From positions 1-55,022 of IMG/VR virus record IMGVR_UViG_3300026382_000019: a stretch of DNA of 55,022 nucleotides. One strand, given 5' to 3'. Source of the DNA: a virus. Taxonomy: Duplodnaviria; Caudoviricetes. A model generated the notes under the pieces. That model searched no databases and had not been told where the DNA came from. It saw nothing but the letters and a program-made list of their open reading frames with translations. Shown in pieces: positions 38,865 to 47,135 of this stretch; position 1 is the first letter of the stretch, and every line of letters starts with the position of its first letter. Made by a program: the position numbers and the translations under genes.

Positions 38865-40103
38865 CTATTCTGCTGCCATTTTGGGATCTGATTTTTTATC
38901 CCTAAATTTATTATATGAGTATGTGATATTCACTGACTCATTTTGAAACTCATCTATATTAAACATATAATCCATCATGATATTTTCCATAACATTTCTC
39001 AGACCCCTAGCACCAGTCTTTTTCGTGAGAGCAATCTCAGCAATCTCATTGATTGCTTTCTCATCAAAATTTAGACTAACATCAGAGAGGTTAAATAATG
39101 TTTTATATTGTTCGATAATGCTATCGCTAGGTTCAGTCATAATCCTTTTCATTGCATCTTTATCAATTTCATGCAATTCTACGATACCTGAAAATCGTCC
39201 TATGAACTCAGGAATCAGGCCAAAATTTATCAAATCTTCTGTGTCCGGAACTTCCTTGATCTCAGTCTGAACAGTACCTAGAGCAGACATTTTCACACCC
39301 GGAGTATCCTTCAGTCCAACAAAAGCACCACCGGCAATGAACAGAATGTCCTTAGTGTTAATCTCCACTGCTTGACCAGATTTTCTATTTTTTCCTGAAC
39401 CTTCAGGATAAAATTTAACAATGTCACCTTCTAAAATTTTCAAGAGTTCTTGCTGAACAGCCTTTCCTGAAACGTCCTTGTTGTTCGTTCCGCCAGTGCT
39501 TGCTCTGTTTTTGTCGATTTCGTCCAAAAAGATTATGCCTTTTTCGGCTTTCTGGACGTTTTCTCCTGAATCCTTCCATAATCGTTCAAGGACTGATGAT
39601 ACATCCTCTCCAATGTATCCTGCTGCGGTGAGTGATGTTGTGTTTACAATTGCTAACGGAATATCCAAATGTTTCGCGATTGTCTCTGCAAGGTACGTTT
39701 TTCCTGAACCTGTTGGCCCGATAAACAGAATATTGGATTTGTCTATTTTTAGGTCTGGATTTTTTGTTCTCTGAATATGATTGTATATAGCAACCGATAG
39801 CACTTTTTTTGCTTCATGCTGTCCGACAACATATTCATCCAGAATTGCCTTATAATCCTTAGGCATTGTTGGTTTTTCGGGACCATTAGGCTTGATTGAT
39901 GCTTCAAGTTCCTCTGACGCTTCTTTCATTGATATATTTCTAGGTTTTATGAATTCTGCTTGGTCTTGCAAAAATATCAAATATAATGCTGTTTCGGCAC
40001 ATGACTTACATATGTTAGTATTGTCGCCCTTGATAACTCTATTTTCTTCTGAATCTTTTGTCGAACAAAAGCTACATGTCAATTCTTGGTCTTTATCTTG
40101 CAT
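38865..40103 (-). CDS. clpX: ClpX-like AAA+ unfoldase
   Basis: C4 zinc finger CSFC/CKSC, LDEYVVGQ, KSNILFIGPTGSGKT, GYIGED, LDEIDK, VQQELLKILEG, GLIPEFIGR, TGARGLR. Confidence 0.93.
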   Translation of the reverse strand: MQDKDQELTCSFCSTKDSEENRVIKGDNTNICKSCAETALYLIFLQDQAEFIKPRNISMKEASEELEASIKPNGPEKPTMPKDYKAILDEYVVGQHEAKKVLSVAIYNHIQRTKNPDLKIDKSNILFIGPTGSGKTYLAETIAKHLDIPLAIVNTTSLTAAGYIGEDVSSVLERLWKDSGENVQKAEKGIIFLDEIDKNRASTGGTNNKDVSGKAVQQELLKILEGDIVKFYPEGSGKNRKSGQAVEINTKDILFIAGGAFVGLKDTPGVKMSALGTVQTEIKEVPDTEDLINFGLIPEFIGRFSGIVELHEIDKDAMKRIMTEPSDSIIEQYKTLFNLSDVSLNFDEKAINEIAEIALTKKTGARGLRNVMENIMMDYMFNIDEFQNESVNITYSYNKFRDKKSDPKMAAE

Positions 40104-40147
40104 ATCTAATAATCCTTGTTTTTATGTTTCTTGGTACTATTATATAA

Positions 40148-40155
40148 TATAAATA
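40148..40155 (+). promoter_or_regulatory. T4-type late promoter of the signalling operon
   Basis: TATAAATA 20 nt before ATG 40176, followed by AAGGAG. Confidence 0.6.
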
Positions 40156-40175
40156 CTTAAAAAAAGGAGCATAAT

Positions 40176-40640
40176 ATGAAAGAACTCATAAAAATCGACC
40201 AATCATTACAAAAATTACAAAATGACTTTAACTCTCAACTTGAAGTTCTCGGATCAGATACTAAAGAATTTCATAATGCTTTGATAGAATTGAGTTCGAA
40301 ATATCCTGACCATAAGGAATTGCTTCAGTTTATTGTTTTTATAAATGACAAACTTGAAATTAACCAAAATTTATTTGGTGAAATTGTATCAGATTCATTC
40401 AATGAAATGATAAGACTCAAGAAGGAATTGATATGTGATATCATGTCAAAACATGGACCATCGAAGGACACTCAAAAAGATGAAGGATCATTGTGGAGCA
40501 AAACAAAAGACTTCATTGGCTCATTTAAAAATGCAAAAATTATTCTGACTGCAATGGCAGTCATAGCACTAGCAGCAGCGGTCATCATTGCACCTGCAAT
40601 GTTTTTAAAAATTATCACTGCACTAGCAAAATTATTATAG
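40176..40640 (+). CDS. Coiled-coil protein with a C-terminal membrane anchor
   Basis: Helical N-terminus; hydrophobic C-terminal segment of about 30 aa. Confidence 0.7.
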   Translation: MKELIKIDQSLQKLQNDFNSQLEVLGSDTKEFHNALIELSSKYPDHKELLQFIVFINDKLEINQNLFGEIVSDSFNEMIRLKKELICDIMSKHGPSKDTQKDEGSLWSKTKDFIGSFKNAKIILTAMAVIALAAAVIIAPAMFLKIITALAKLL

Positions 40641-40655
40641 GATTAGGAGGATAAA

Positions 40656-41354
40656 ATGTTTAAGGGAATTACAGAATTTACAAAAAAATTATTCGAGAGG
40701 ACTTTTGAGAGGACTGACGAGCAAGGCACTACTGAGGAAGACCTTTTCGATGACGAACCTGAGATTCAGGATGATTGTTCTGTTTGTGAATTGAGACATC
40801 AGTGTGTAACAAAAAGGGCATGCGAAAAAGGTTTGGTACCTAAGCTTGATGGTATAGATACATCAAAAGATACACTCCTTATTATTGATGATAATGAGGG
40901 AGTGGTGTCATTCCTAAAAGATGATATAGAATACTTTTTTGAAAATGACATAATCAAAAGGGATGAAATTAATTTACTCGCACTTACTGGCACTGATGCT
41001 GCATTTGCATTGCAAAGAATTTACAAGAGAGGCATTGATATCAAAATAAAATGGGCTATCATAGATATAACACTCGGTGGAAGTAAAATGACTGAGAATG
41101 GAAATATTAAACTTACAGGAGTTGATGTCTTTGAGGAGATTTTCAAACATACACCCGAAAAAGAGGATTTCAAATTTTTATTTTATACAGGGAATAACCT
41201 TAATCCTTATATAAAGTCTAATGAAAAACTTATTGAGCAATTTAAAGTAGTAAAAAATGAGGGTATTAAAAAATATGTTTTATTCAAAACATCAATTGAT
41301 ATAAAGTCAAGAAGGAGTTATATTTCAAAATTTCTCTTCGGGAAGAAAATCTAA
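40656..41354 (+). CDS. Stand-alone response regulator receiver protein with an N-terminal Cys cluster
   Basis: LLIIDDNEG, AIIDITL (phospho-Asp), GVDVFEEI, FLFYTG, LFK; N-terminal CSVC-x5-C-x5-C. Confidence 0.75.
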   Translation: MFKGITEFTKKLFERTFERTDEQGTTEEDLFDDEPEIQDDCSVCELRHQCVTKRACEKGLVPKLDGIDTSKDTLLIIDDNEGVVSFLKDDIEYFFENDIIKRDEINLLALTGTDAAFALQRIYKRGIDIKIKWAIIDITLGGSKMTENGNIKLTGVDVFEEIFKHTPEKEDFKFLFYTGNNLNPYIKSNEKLIEQFKVVKNEGIKKYVLFKTSIDIKSRRSYISKFLFGKKI

Positions 41355-41368
41355 AATAAGGAAATGAA

Positions 41369-42637
41369 ATGATAAATATACATGACGCGATTATCACATT
41401 AAAAAGCCATATCAAGAATATAATTATATTTTTGGTTTTGGTTAATGTTATAGCACTTGGGAGTTTTGCTGTTGTTTTTAACATTCATACTGATTACATT
41501 GATAAGCAATTAGACAATAATATTATAGAGTACCAAGAGATTGATCAAGAGCAATTATGTAAATTGGTAAATTGTAAGGGAGTTATTACAAGTTCACACA
41601 AACTATTTAGTCCTGACGAAAAAGGGCACCTAAAGATTGCAGAATATAAAGAATATAGTATGCACAAAATCAATAAAAATTTATTTTTGTTTGATACTGA
41701 TGAACTTGCATTGTATAATAAAGTTGCAGATTCATATTACATTATGGATACATCAAAAATATCAGATGATTACGGGGATATTGCAATGATCTTCATTCCA
41801 TTAATGTGTCTGATTTATCTTGTGCCACTATATAATTCCATAAAGAGGGAAAAAGAGGAGGCTCTTATTCTGAATGCTGGTTCGGAGGCTTTGCTTGCTA
41901 ACAAATCCATGATTAACATAACAGAGAATATACATCATGAATTAAATACACCCCTTGAGGTTATCGATAATAAAATTGAAAAAATTCATACAGAATTGAG
42001 TAATTTTTTACTTGAGGAATACGAAGCAACTGAGAATATTGATACCATTCCTGAGGATAGAATAAAACGAAATAAAAGGATTGTAAAACTCAACGGAGAT
42101 TTTGAATTCATTAGGACATCATCAGAGCAAATCTATGCAGTCCTTGAGAAAATGAAAGGATTCAAACACCTCAGATATAGCAACGGAAACAAATCTCTGA
42201 AAAATATTATTGATGGAGGATTTAAAATTATAAATATTAGCAACACAAACTTTGAATATAAGGTCGATCCTAAATTAGCACAATACAAAATAGGCACCAA
42301 ACTCCTTGTTAATGCAGATTTTTTGAGTATTATTTTAAATCATCTTAAAAATTCTTTGGAAGCCAATGCTTCCAAAATTTTTATTTTATTCAGTAAGTCT
42401 GATGAAAATAATGTGTATATTAGGATTATAGATAATGGAAATGGTATACCTAAAGATGCTCAAAAGAAAATATTTGCACCTAATTTCAGTACCAAAAACT
42501 CTGATACAGGAATTAGAGGAAACGGAATGTACCTAAACAAACATATAATGGAGAATGCAGGCGGAAGTATATCATTGATTTCATCAAGTAAAAAAGGAAC
42601 TACGATAGAATTGAAAATTCCTTCTATAAAAAAATAA
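41369..42637 (+). CDS. Membrane sensor histidine kinase
   Basis: Two TM helices flanking an extracytoplasmic loop; H-box IHHELNTPL, N-box NHLKNSLEA, G1 DNGNGIP, F IFAPNFSTK, G2 GIRGNGMY, GT. Confidence 0.9.
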   Translation: MINIHDAIITLKSHIKNIIIFLVLVNVIALGSFAVVFNIHTDYIDKQLDNNIIEYQEIDQEQLCKLVNCKGVITSSHKLFSPDEKGHLKIAEYKEYSMHKINKNLFLFDTDELALYNKVADSYYIMDTSKISDDYGDIAMIFIPLMCLIYLVPLYNSIKREKEEALILNAGSEALLANKSMINITENIHHELNTPLEVIDNKIEKIHTELSNFLLEEYEATENIDTIPEDRIKRNKRIVKLNGDFEFIRTSSEQIYAVLEKMKGFKHLRYSNGNKSLKNIIDGGFKIINISNTNFEYKVDPKLAQYKIGTKLLVNADFLSIILNHLKNSLEANASKIFILFSKSDENNVYIRIIDNGNGIPKDAQKKIFAPNFSTKNSDTGIRGNGMYLNKHIMENAGGSISLISSSKKGTTIELKIPSIKK

Positions 42638-42651
42638 GGAGGTACAGAAAT

Positions 42652-42942
42652 ATGAAGATTTTAAGGGTGCTTGTGATATTATTGATATTTTGTAATGTTG
42701 CTGTACCAAAAGAAACTCGAGAATATATGGATACAAAGGAAGAGATTATATTGGTTCTTCGTCATTCAGATTGTGACATCGAATCAAAATCCGTTAAAGG
42801 ATGGATCAGAATTTTTAACTCTGATGACAGACTTAAGGATTATGGTATATATATATCAGAAAAACAAAGAATAATATTTTTGAGTTATTTTAAACATAAA
42901 TTAGAAGAAAAGCAAAATAGATATAAAAGGGAGATAAAATAA
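42652..42942 (+). CDS. Small exported protein
   Basis: Signal-peptide-like start MKILRVLVILLIFC; AGGAGG RBS. Confidence 0.65.
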   Translation: MKILRVLVILLIFCNVAVPKETREYMDTKEEIILVLRHSDCDIESKSVKGWIRIFNSDDRLKDYGIYISEKQRIIFLSYFKHKLEEKQNRYKREIK

Positions 42943-44192
42943 TGGGCAAAATAAATAAATTATTATTGATGATATTAATCACATCAGTTCTTACCTTAAA
43001 TCTTATGGCTGATAATAACATGAATTTCAGCGGGATCATGAACATAGGTTATGGCCATGCTGAAAAAAACTTTTCGAACAAGGAAAATGAAACAAAAGAG
43101 ATTTATACATCAAACCTTCAACTTAATGCAGATTACGAAACTAATGATTTCTATTTTCAGAGTACACTTTTTGGGTATGTATATACGATGCCAAATAATC
43201 AAAAAGCACATCTCATAAATTATCATGATGGATATGAGAAACAGGATGTATTTTTCAGAAGCCTTTACGGAAGTTACAAAATTAATCAAAATTTATCAGT
43301 GGGAGCAGGATACCTTGCATTCAGCAATTCTACACCATCAAAATATAACAACGATTACATTCAAGACGGCGAAGGAATCTATATGCTTAATGATAATACC
43401 CTAGCGGCAGTTTTTGCAGTGTATAAGGAAGGCAATTCCAGGACTATCGTGGGAATAGGAACAATCGATGAGACTTTTATTAATACCGGAATGTACATTG
43501 ATGATGCTTTGAGACAAGGGGGAGCATATACAATTTTTGCAATTAACACATACAAATATGAAAGATTTACATTTACATCAGAATTTTTGTATAATTCTTT
43601 AACATATGAGAAAAAAGATTTGAGTGATATTTATCAAGTCGGTTTTGCCACGGCATGGGATGATTCAGAAAATTCTGGATGGTCACTCTATAATGTCCTT
43701 GGCGCAAGTATATATGATAATCATAATGAAGATGCCAAAGAGGAAATTTTCAAAAATGTACTTGGGCCTAAGGCAAAATATGGCGATTATATTTTGGCTA
43801 AATATCCTAATAATTTTGCTATTGAGAACAAAAAATATTATGGTGCGGCAATGCTATGGGGTTTCAGAAAAGATTTTGATATTGATAGGCAAGAATTTTT
43901 CGTCACTGCAGAGTGGTTCCATACTTTTGGTGATTGGACATCAGGCAATCAAGGAAACATTTATTTGTGTCAGGATAATCAGGTTTTTAATATTAGAGAT
44001 GATTCATATTATGCGACATTAGGATATATAATTAATGATCAAGCTACTGTGAAATTTGTGTATACATATTCAGAATATAATGAAAAGGGCAAAATTGGTG
44101 CACCAGCAAGCACTGTAGATACTGAAGATTATATAGGTCCTCAAATTAATAAAATAGAAATTATAAGATTTATATTTTCGTATAAATTTTAG
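42942..44192 (+). CDS. Outer-membrane beta-barrel (porin-like) protein
   Basis: Signal peptide ending LMA, alternating aromatic/hydrophobic strands, C-terminal beta-signal RFIFSYKF. Confidence 0.7.
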   Translation: MGKINKLLLMILITSVLTLNLMADNNMNFSGIMNIGYGHAEKNFSNKENETKEIYTSNLQLNADYETNDFYFQSTLFGYVYTMPNNQKAHLINYHDGYEKQDVFFRSLYGSYKINQNLSVGAGYLAFSNSTPSKYNNDYIQDGEGIYMLNDNTLAAVFAVYKEGNSRTIVGIGTIDETFINTGMYIDDALRQGGAYTIFAINTYKYERFTFTSEFLYNSLTYEKKDLSDIYQVGFATAWDDSENSGWSLYNVLGASIYDNHNEDAKEEIFKNVLGPKAKYGDYILAKYPNNFAIENKKYYGAAMLWGFRKDFDIDRQEFFVTAEWFHTFGDWTSGNQGNIYLCQDNQVFNIRDDSYYATLGYIINDQATVKFVYTYSEYNEKGKIGAPASTVDTEDYIGPQINKIEIIRFIFSYKF

Positions 44193-44208
44193 GATTTTAG
44201 AAAAATTT

Positions 44209-44745
44209 TTATTTTTCTAAAATTTCCTTTAATACAGAGAACATAAAATGAATTTTTTTATCTGTAAGTTTTTTGAATGTTTCTAAATCATCATTTTTTA
44301 TAGCATTTCTAACTTTAGTGGCTGAAATATCTTCATCAGTCCTTTTAATTTCTTTGATTTCCAATGTTCTATCGTTTTCCATATATTTCATAAAAGATTT
44401 ATATGCTTTAACTCTATCAGAGCCTGCATAGGCAACGAACTTAGTTCCATCAGGAAGTTTGTTTAATTCATCAACAAAAAATCCAGTGCTAATTATTTTA
44501 ATTTGAACATTTTTTGGTGCTATTAATTCTAGCATTTTTTTCTGAATCTCTGTATCAAATGGATTTTTGGTTTTATCTTCTGATGACTTTTTACCTTTGA
44601 CCAAAAATATTATAACTTTTTTATTTTCTTTTGCCATTGTATTAATGATAGATGAGTGAGCTTTTGTGACAGGTTGGAAACGTCCACTAAAGATTCCTAC
44701 AGAATCTTTAGCTTCATTTAGTGCTATTTCTTTAAATGTTCTCAT
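44209..44745 (-). CDS. HIGH-family nucleotidyltransferase (cytidyltransferase-like) with a capsid-targeting N-terminus
   Basis: Start MRTFKEIALNE at 44745 (AGGAG); GRFQPVTKAH, NPF, AGSDR, ISATKVR. Confidence 0.82.
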   Translation of the reverse strand: MRTFKEIALNEAKDSVGIFSGRFQPVTKAHSSIINTMAKENKKVIIFLVKGKKSSEDKTKNPFDTEIQKKMLELIAPKNVQIKIISTGFFVDELNKLPDGTKFVAYAGSDRVKAYKSFMKYMENDRTLEIKEIKRTDEDISATKVRNAIKNDDLETFKKLTDKKIHFMFSVLKEILEK

Positions 44746-45691
44746 TGTTTTTCTCCTGCAACATAGAATCATGATTGATATAATCCTTAAAAGATATGTT
44801 TTCTAACATCAGTTTTTCTACTTTATCCAAAGCCTTTTGCTTATCTATTCCTTTTTGTTTACCTGCCTCACCTGATTTAATAGAAACCATACTTTTGAAT
44901 ACTCCTTGAAGTCTTCTTAGACTTCTAGCAAGCTTGAATGTACTTTTTATTTGTTTTAGTAATTTGTCAAAAGATAGTGACAAATCCAGTTTGTATAATA
45001 TTATTTGCAAGTCATTCCAATTCCTTGATGTCCATATTACTTCTTGCTTTATAGTTTTATATTCTTTATTTTTAAGTTTATCGGGATCATAAGTAATCTT
45101 CCTTAATTGAATTTCTTTGGAACTACAATTAAACTCTATCTCCATATTTTTTTCAAGTTCTGGTTTTTTGATTTTCAAATCTTTTAATATTTTATTGGCA
45201 TTGAATTCTATCATAGCAACCTTAGTTGCTCCCAACACAATACCTTGCTTCGCTGCTGGCATATCCAAGAAATCTTTTTTGAATCTTGTTTCTGAAGCAT
45301 CCATAGCAATCATGTAATCGACTTGACATGCCTGAATAGAAGGGTTCGGCACATTAAGAGAAATAGTGATAATTTCTCCTGAGTTATAGTATCTTTTTCC
45401 TGCATATTTTTCTGACACAAAAGGAACGATTAGTTTGTCTGATTGTGACACAAAATGTTTTGCTAGTGCAGATTTGATTTTCTTTTTATCATTATCGTAA
45501 AGAGAGCCATCAATATGTGTGATTAAATCTATATCACCAAATTTAGTTTTCTTTTTATCTGAATTATATGAGCCTGTAGGCTCGATTGATACAAATCCAG
45601 GGAAATCAGAAATGATTTCCTTTGCTGTTTTTAATATCTCCCTAAAGTCTTTTCTGCTTTGTATTTTATTATTTCCTGTTACACCTGACAT
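44732..45691 (-). CDS. Pol-beta-superfamily nucleotidyltransferase
   Basis: TGSY...GDIDL and a third Asp in CQVDYM. Confidence 0.72.
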   Translation of the reverse strand: MSGVTGNNKIQSRKDFREILKTAKEIISDFPGFVSIEPTGSYNSDKKKTKFGDIDLITHIDGSLYDNDKKKIKSALAKHFVSQSDKLIVPFVSEKYAGKRYYNSGEIITISLNVPNPSIQACQVDYMIAMDASETRFKKDFLDMPAAKQGIVLGATKVAMIEFNANKILKDLKIKKPELEKNMEIEFNCSSKEIQLRKITYDPDKLKNKEYKTIKQEVIWTSRNWNDLQIILYKLDLSLSFDKLLKQIKSTFKLARSLRRLQGVFKSMVSIKSGEAGKQKGIDKQKALDKVEKLMLENISFKDYINHDSMLQEKNNENI

Positions 45692-45706
45692 ATTATACTC
45701 TCCTTT

Positions 45707-46663
45707 TTATATAAGATTATTTATGAAACTTCTAAAATTTTCTTTTAAAAGACTGTCATCTGGTAAAAATTTTGTCTCATAATGTTCTTTTTTGTTAAGC
45801 CTTCTCCAATCATCTTGAATATCAAAAGGGATATCTGCTCGTGTATGCGATAAGATTTTGAAATAAATATTTAAAATTCCATCTCTATCTTTTTTAGGAA
45901 TTTCATCAAGTTTTTTCACAAGTTTGAAATAATTGTTTATAACATTTTTTGACAATTTTAGACCCATAGCATTTTCTAGGTAAGGAATCATGTCCTTAGG
46001 TTTCGTTGCCAGCTTTTCGCCAGTCTCAATATCACTCAATCCTTTTGTGTGACTGAAAGAATATCCATAATAATTAAACATTGAAAGCATAAGCTGAGTT
46101 CTGTGCAATCCTTTAACATTACCTTCATATTTATCAGAAAAATAACTGAATTCTAGCAAATCCATATCTCCTATCATCCAATCCATTTGAACACCATAAT
46201 CAAGTTTTTCTCCTGATTCTGTATACTGAGGAAATAAACCAAAAATATTACCTGAAGTAATTTTTTTCTCATCGCAATATAGATTTTCGGCATAAGCATT
46301 AATCTTTGTCACAATACCCTTAAGGATTGCTCTTACCATAAGTTCAGAATCTGTAGCAGTTTTTGCTCTCTTTTTGTATGCTAGCATTTGCTTTTTCACT
46401 TCTTCAGGATTCAATCCCCATTTTTGGATTGATTTGTCAGAAACTCTTTTATCTACTATGCTGGATACATCAATAGCAAAATCAATGTCACCTGATACAG
46501 GTTTTTTGCCAACTGAACCAATGTATCTCATTTTGTCATGATTAAAAATATCTTTTTTATTAGGAAATACTCTGCCTAATTCTTGAAAATATCTTTTTAC
46601 TGTCGGATCAATATTTTCTAATTTTATGCTTTGTGTTTTGCCTTTAAATACGTTTCCTCCCAT
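45707..46663 (-). CDS. Pol-beta-superfamily nucleotidyltransferase
   Basis: Start MGGNVF at 46663 (TAATG-coupled); IGSVG...SGDIDFAID and VQMDWM. Confidence 0.75.
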   Translation of the reverse strand: MGGNVFKGKTQSIKLENIDPTVKRYFQELGRVFPNKKDIFNHDKMRYIGSVGKKPVSGDIDFAIDVSSIVDKRVSDKSIQKWGLNPEEVKKQMLAYKKRAKTATDSELMVRAILKGIVTKINAYAENLYCDEKKITSGNIFGLFPQYTESGEKLDYGVQMDWMIGDMDLLEFSYFSDKYEGNVKGLHRTQLMLSMFNYYGYSFSHTKGLSDIETGEKLATKPKDMIPYLENAMGLKLSKNVINNYFKLVKKLDEIPKKDRDGILNIYFKILSHTRADIPFDIQDDWRRLNKKEHYETKFLPDDSLLKENFRSFINNLI

Positions 46664-47070
46664 TATTTTTCTCCCCATTTGCCATCAAAAATAGCTTTGT
46701 GTGCTTTAATTAGTTGTTCTTTATATTTTGACCATTTAGCACTTAATTTTTGAGTGTATTTTGAAGAGTGGTTTGAACCAAAATCAGGATAGTAAGCTAA
46801 ACCAAATTGAGCATTCTCATAATCATCATCTTCTTTTAACCAAACAGAGATTTCAACTTTTTTATCACCATTTTTTAGATATAAAGATACTATATTAGTT
46901 GGATGAGTTGAGTATTCCTTACTCATAGCCTCATAAGTAACTCCATTTACAATAAAGTGTGCCCCACAATTGGCACACTGCATACCTTCAATCTTAGGGG
47001 CATCACAGCCACCTTTATAAGTCATTTTGGCTGTACTTTCTTGAAGTGCAATATCTCTAAATGTTTTCAT
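46663..47070 (-). CDS. Putative internal head protein
   Basis: CTS-like start MKTFRDIALQE; TATAAATA at 47094-47101 heads the NTase operon. Confidence 0.6.
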   Translation of the reverse strand: MKTFRDIALQESTAKMTYKGGCDAPKIEGMQCANCGAHFIVNGVTYEAMSKEYSTHPTNIVSLYLKNGDKKVEISVWLKEDDDYENAQFGLAYYPDFGSNHSSKYTQKLSAKWSKYKEQLIKAHKAIFDGKWGEK

Positions 47071-47135
47071 TTTTATCTCTCCGTGTTTGTGGTTATTTAT
47101 ATAATAATTATATCATAAAATACATTAAATGATGC

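Noticed and set aside
43624-44022. 132-aa alternative-frame ORF inside the beta-barrel gene
   Set aside because: Fully nested, no RBS or recognisable motif.
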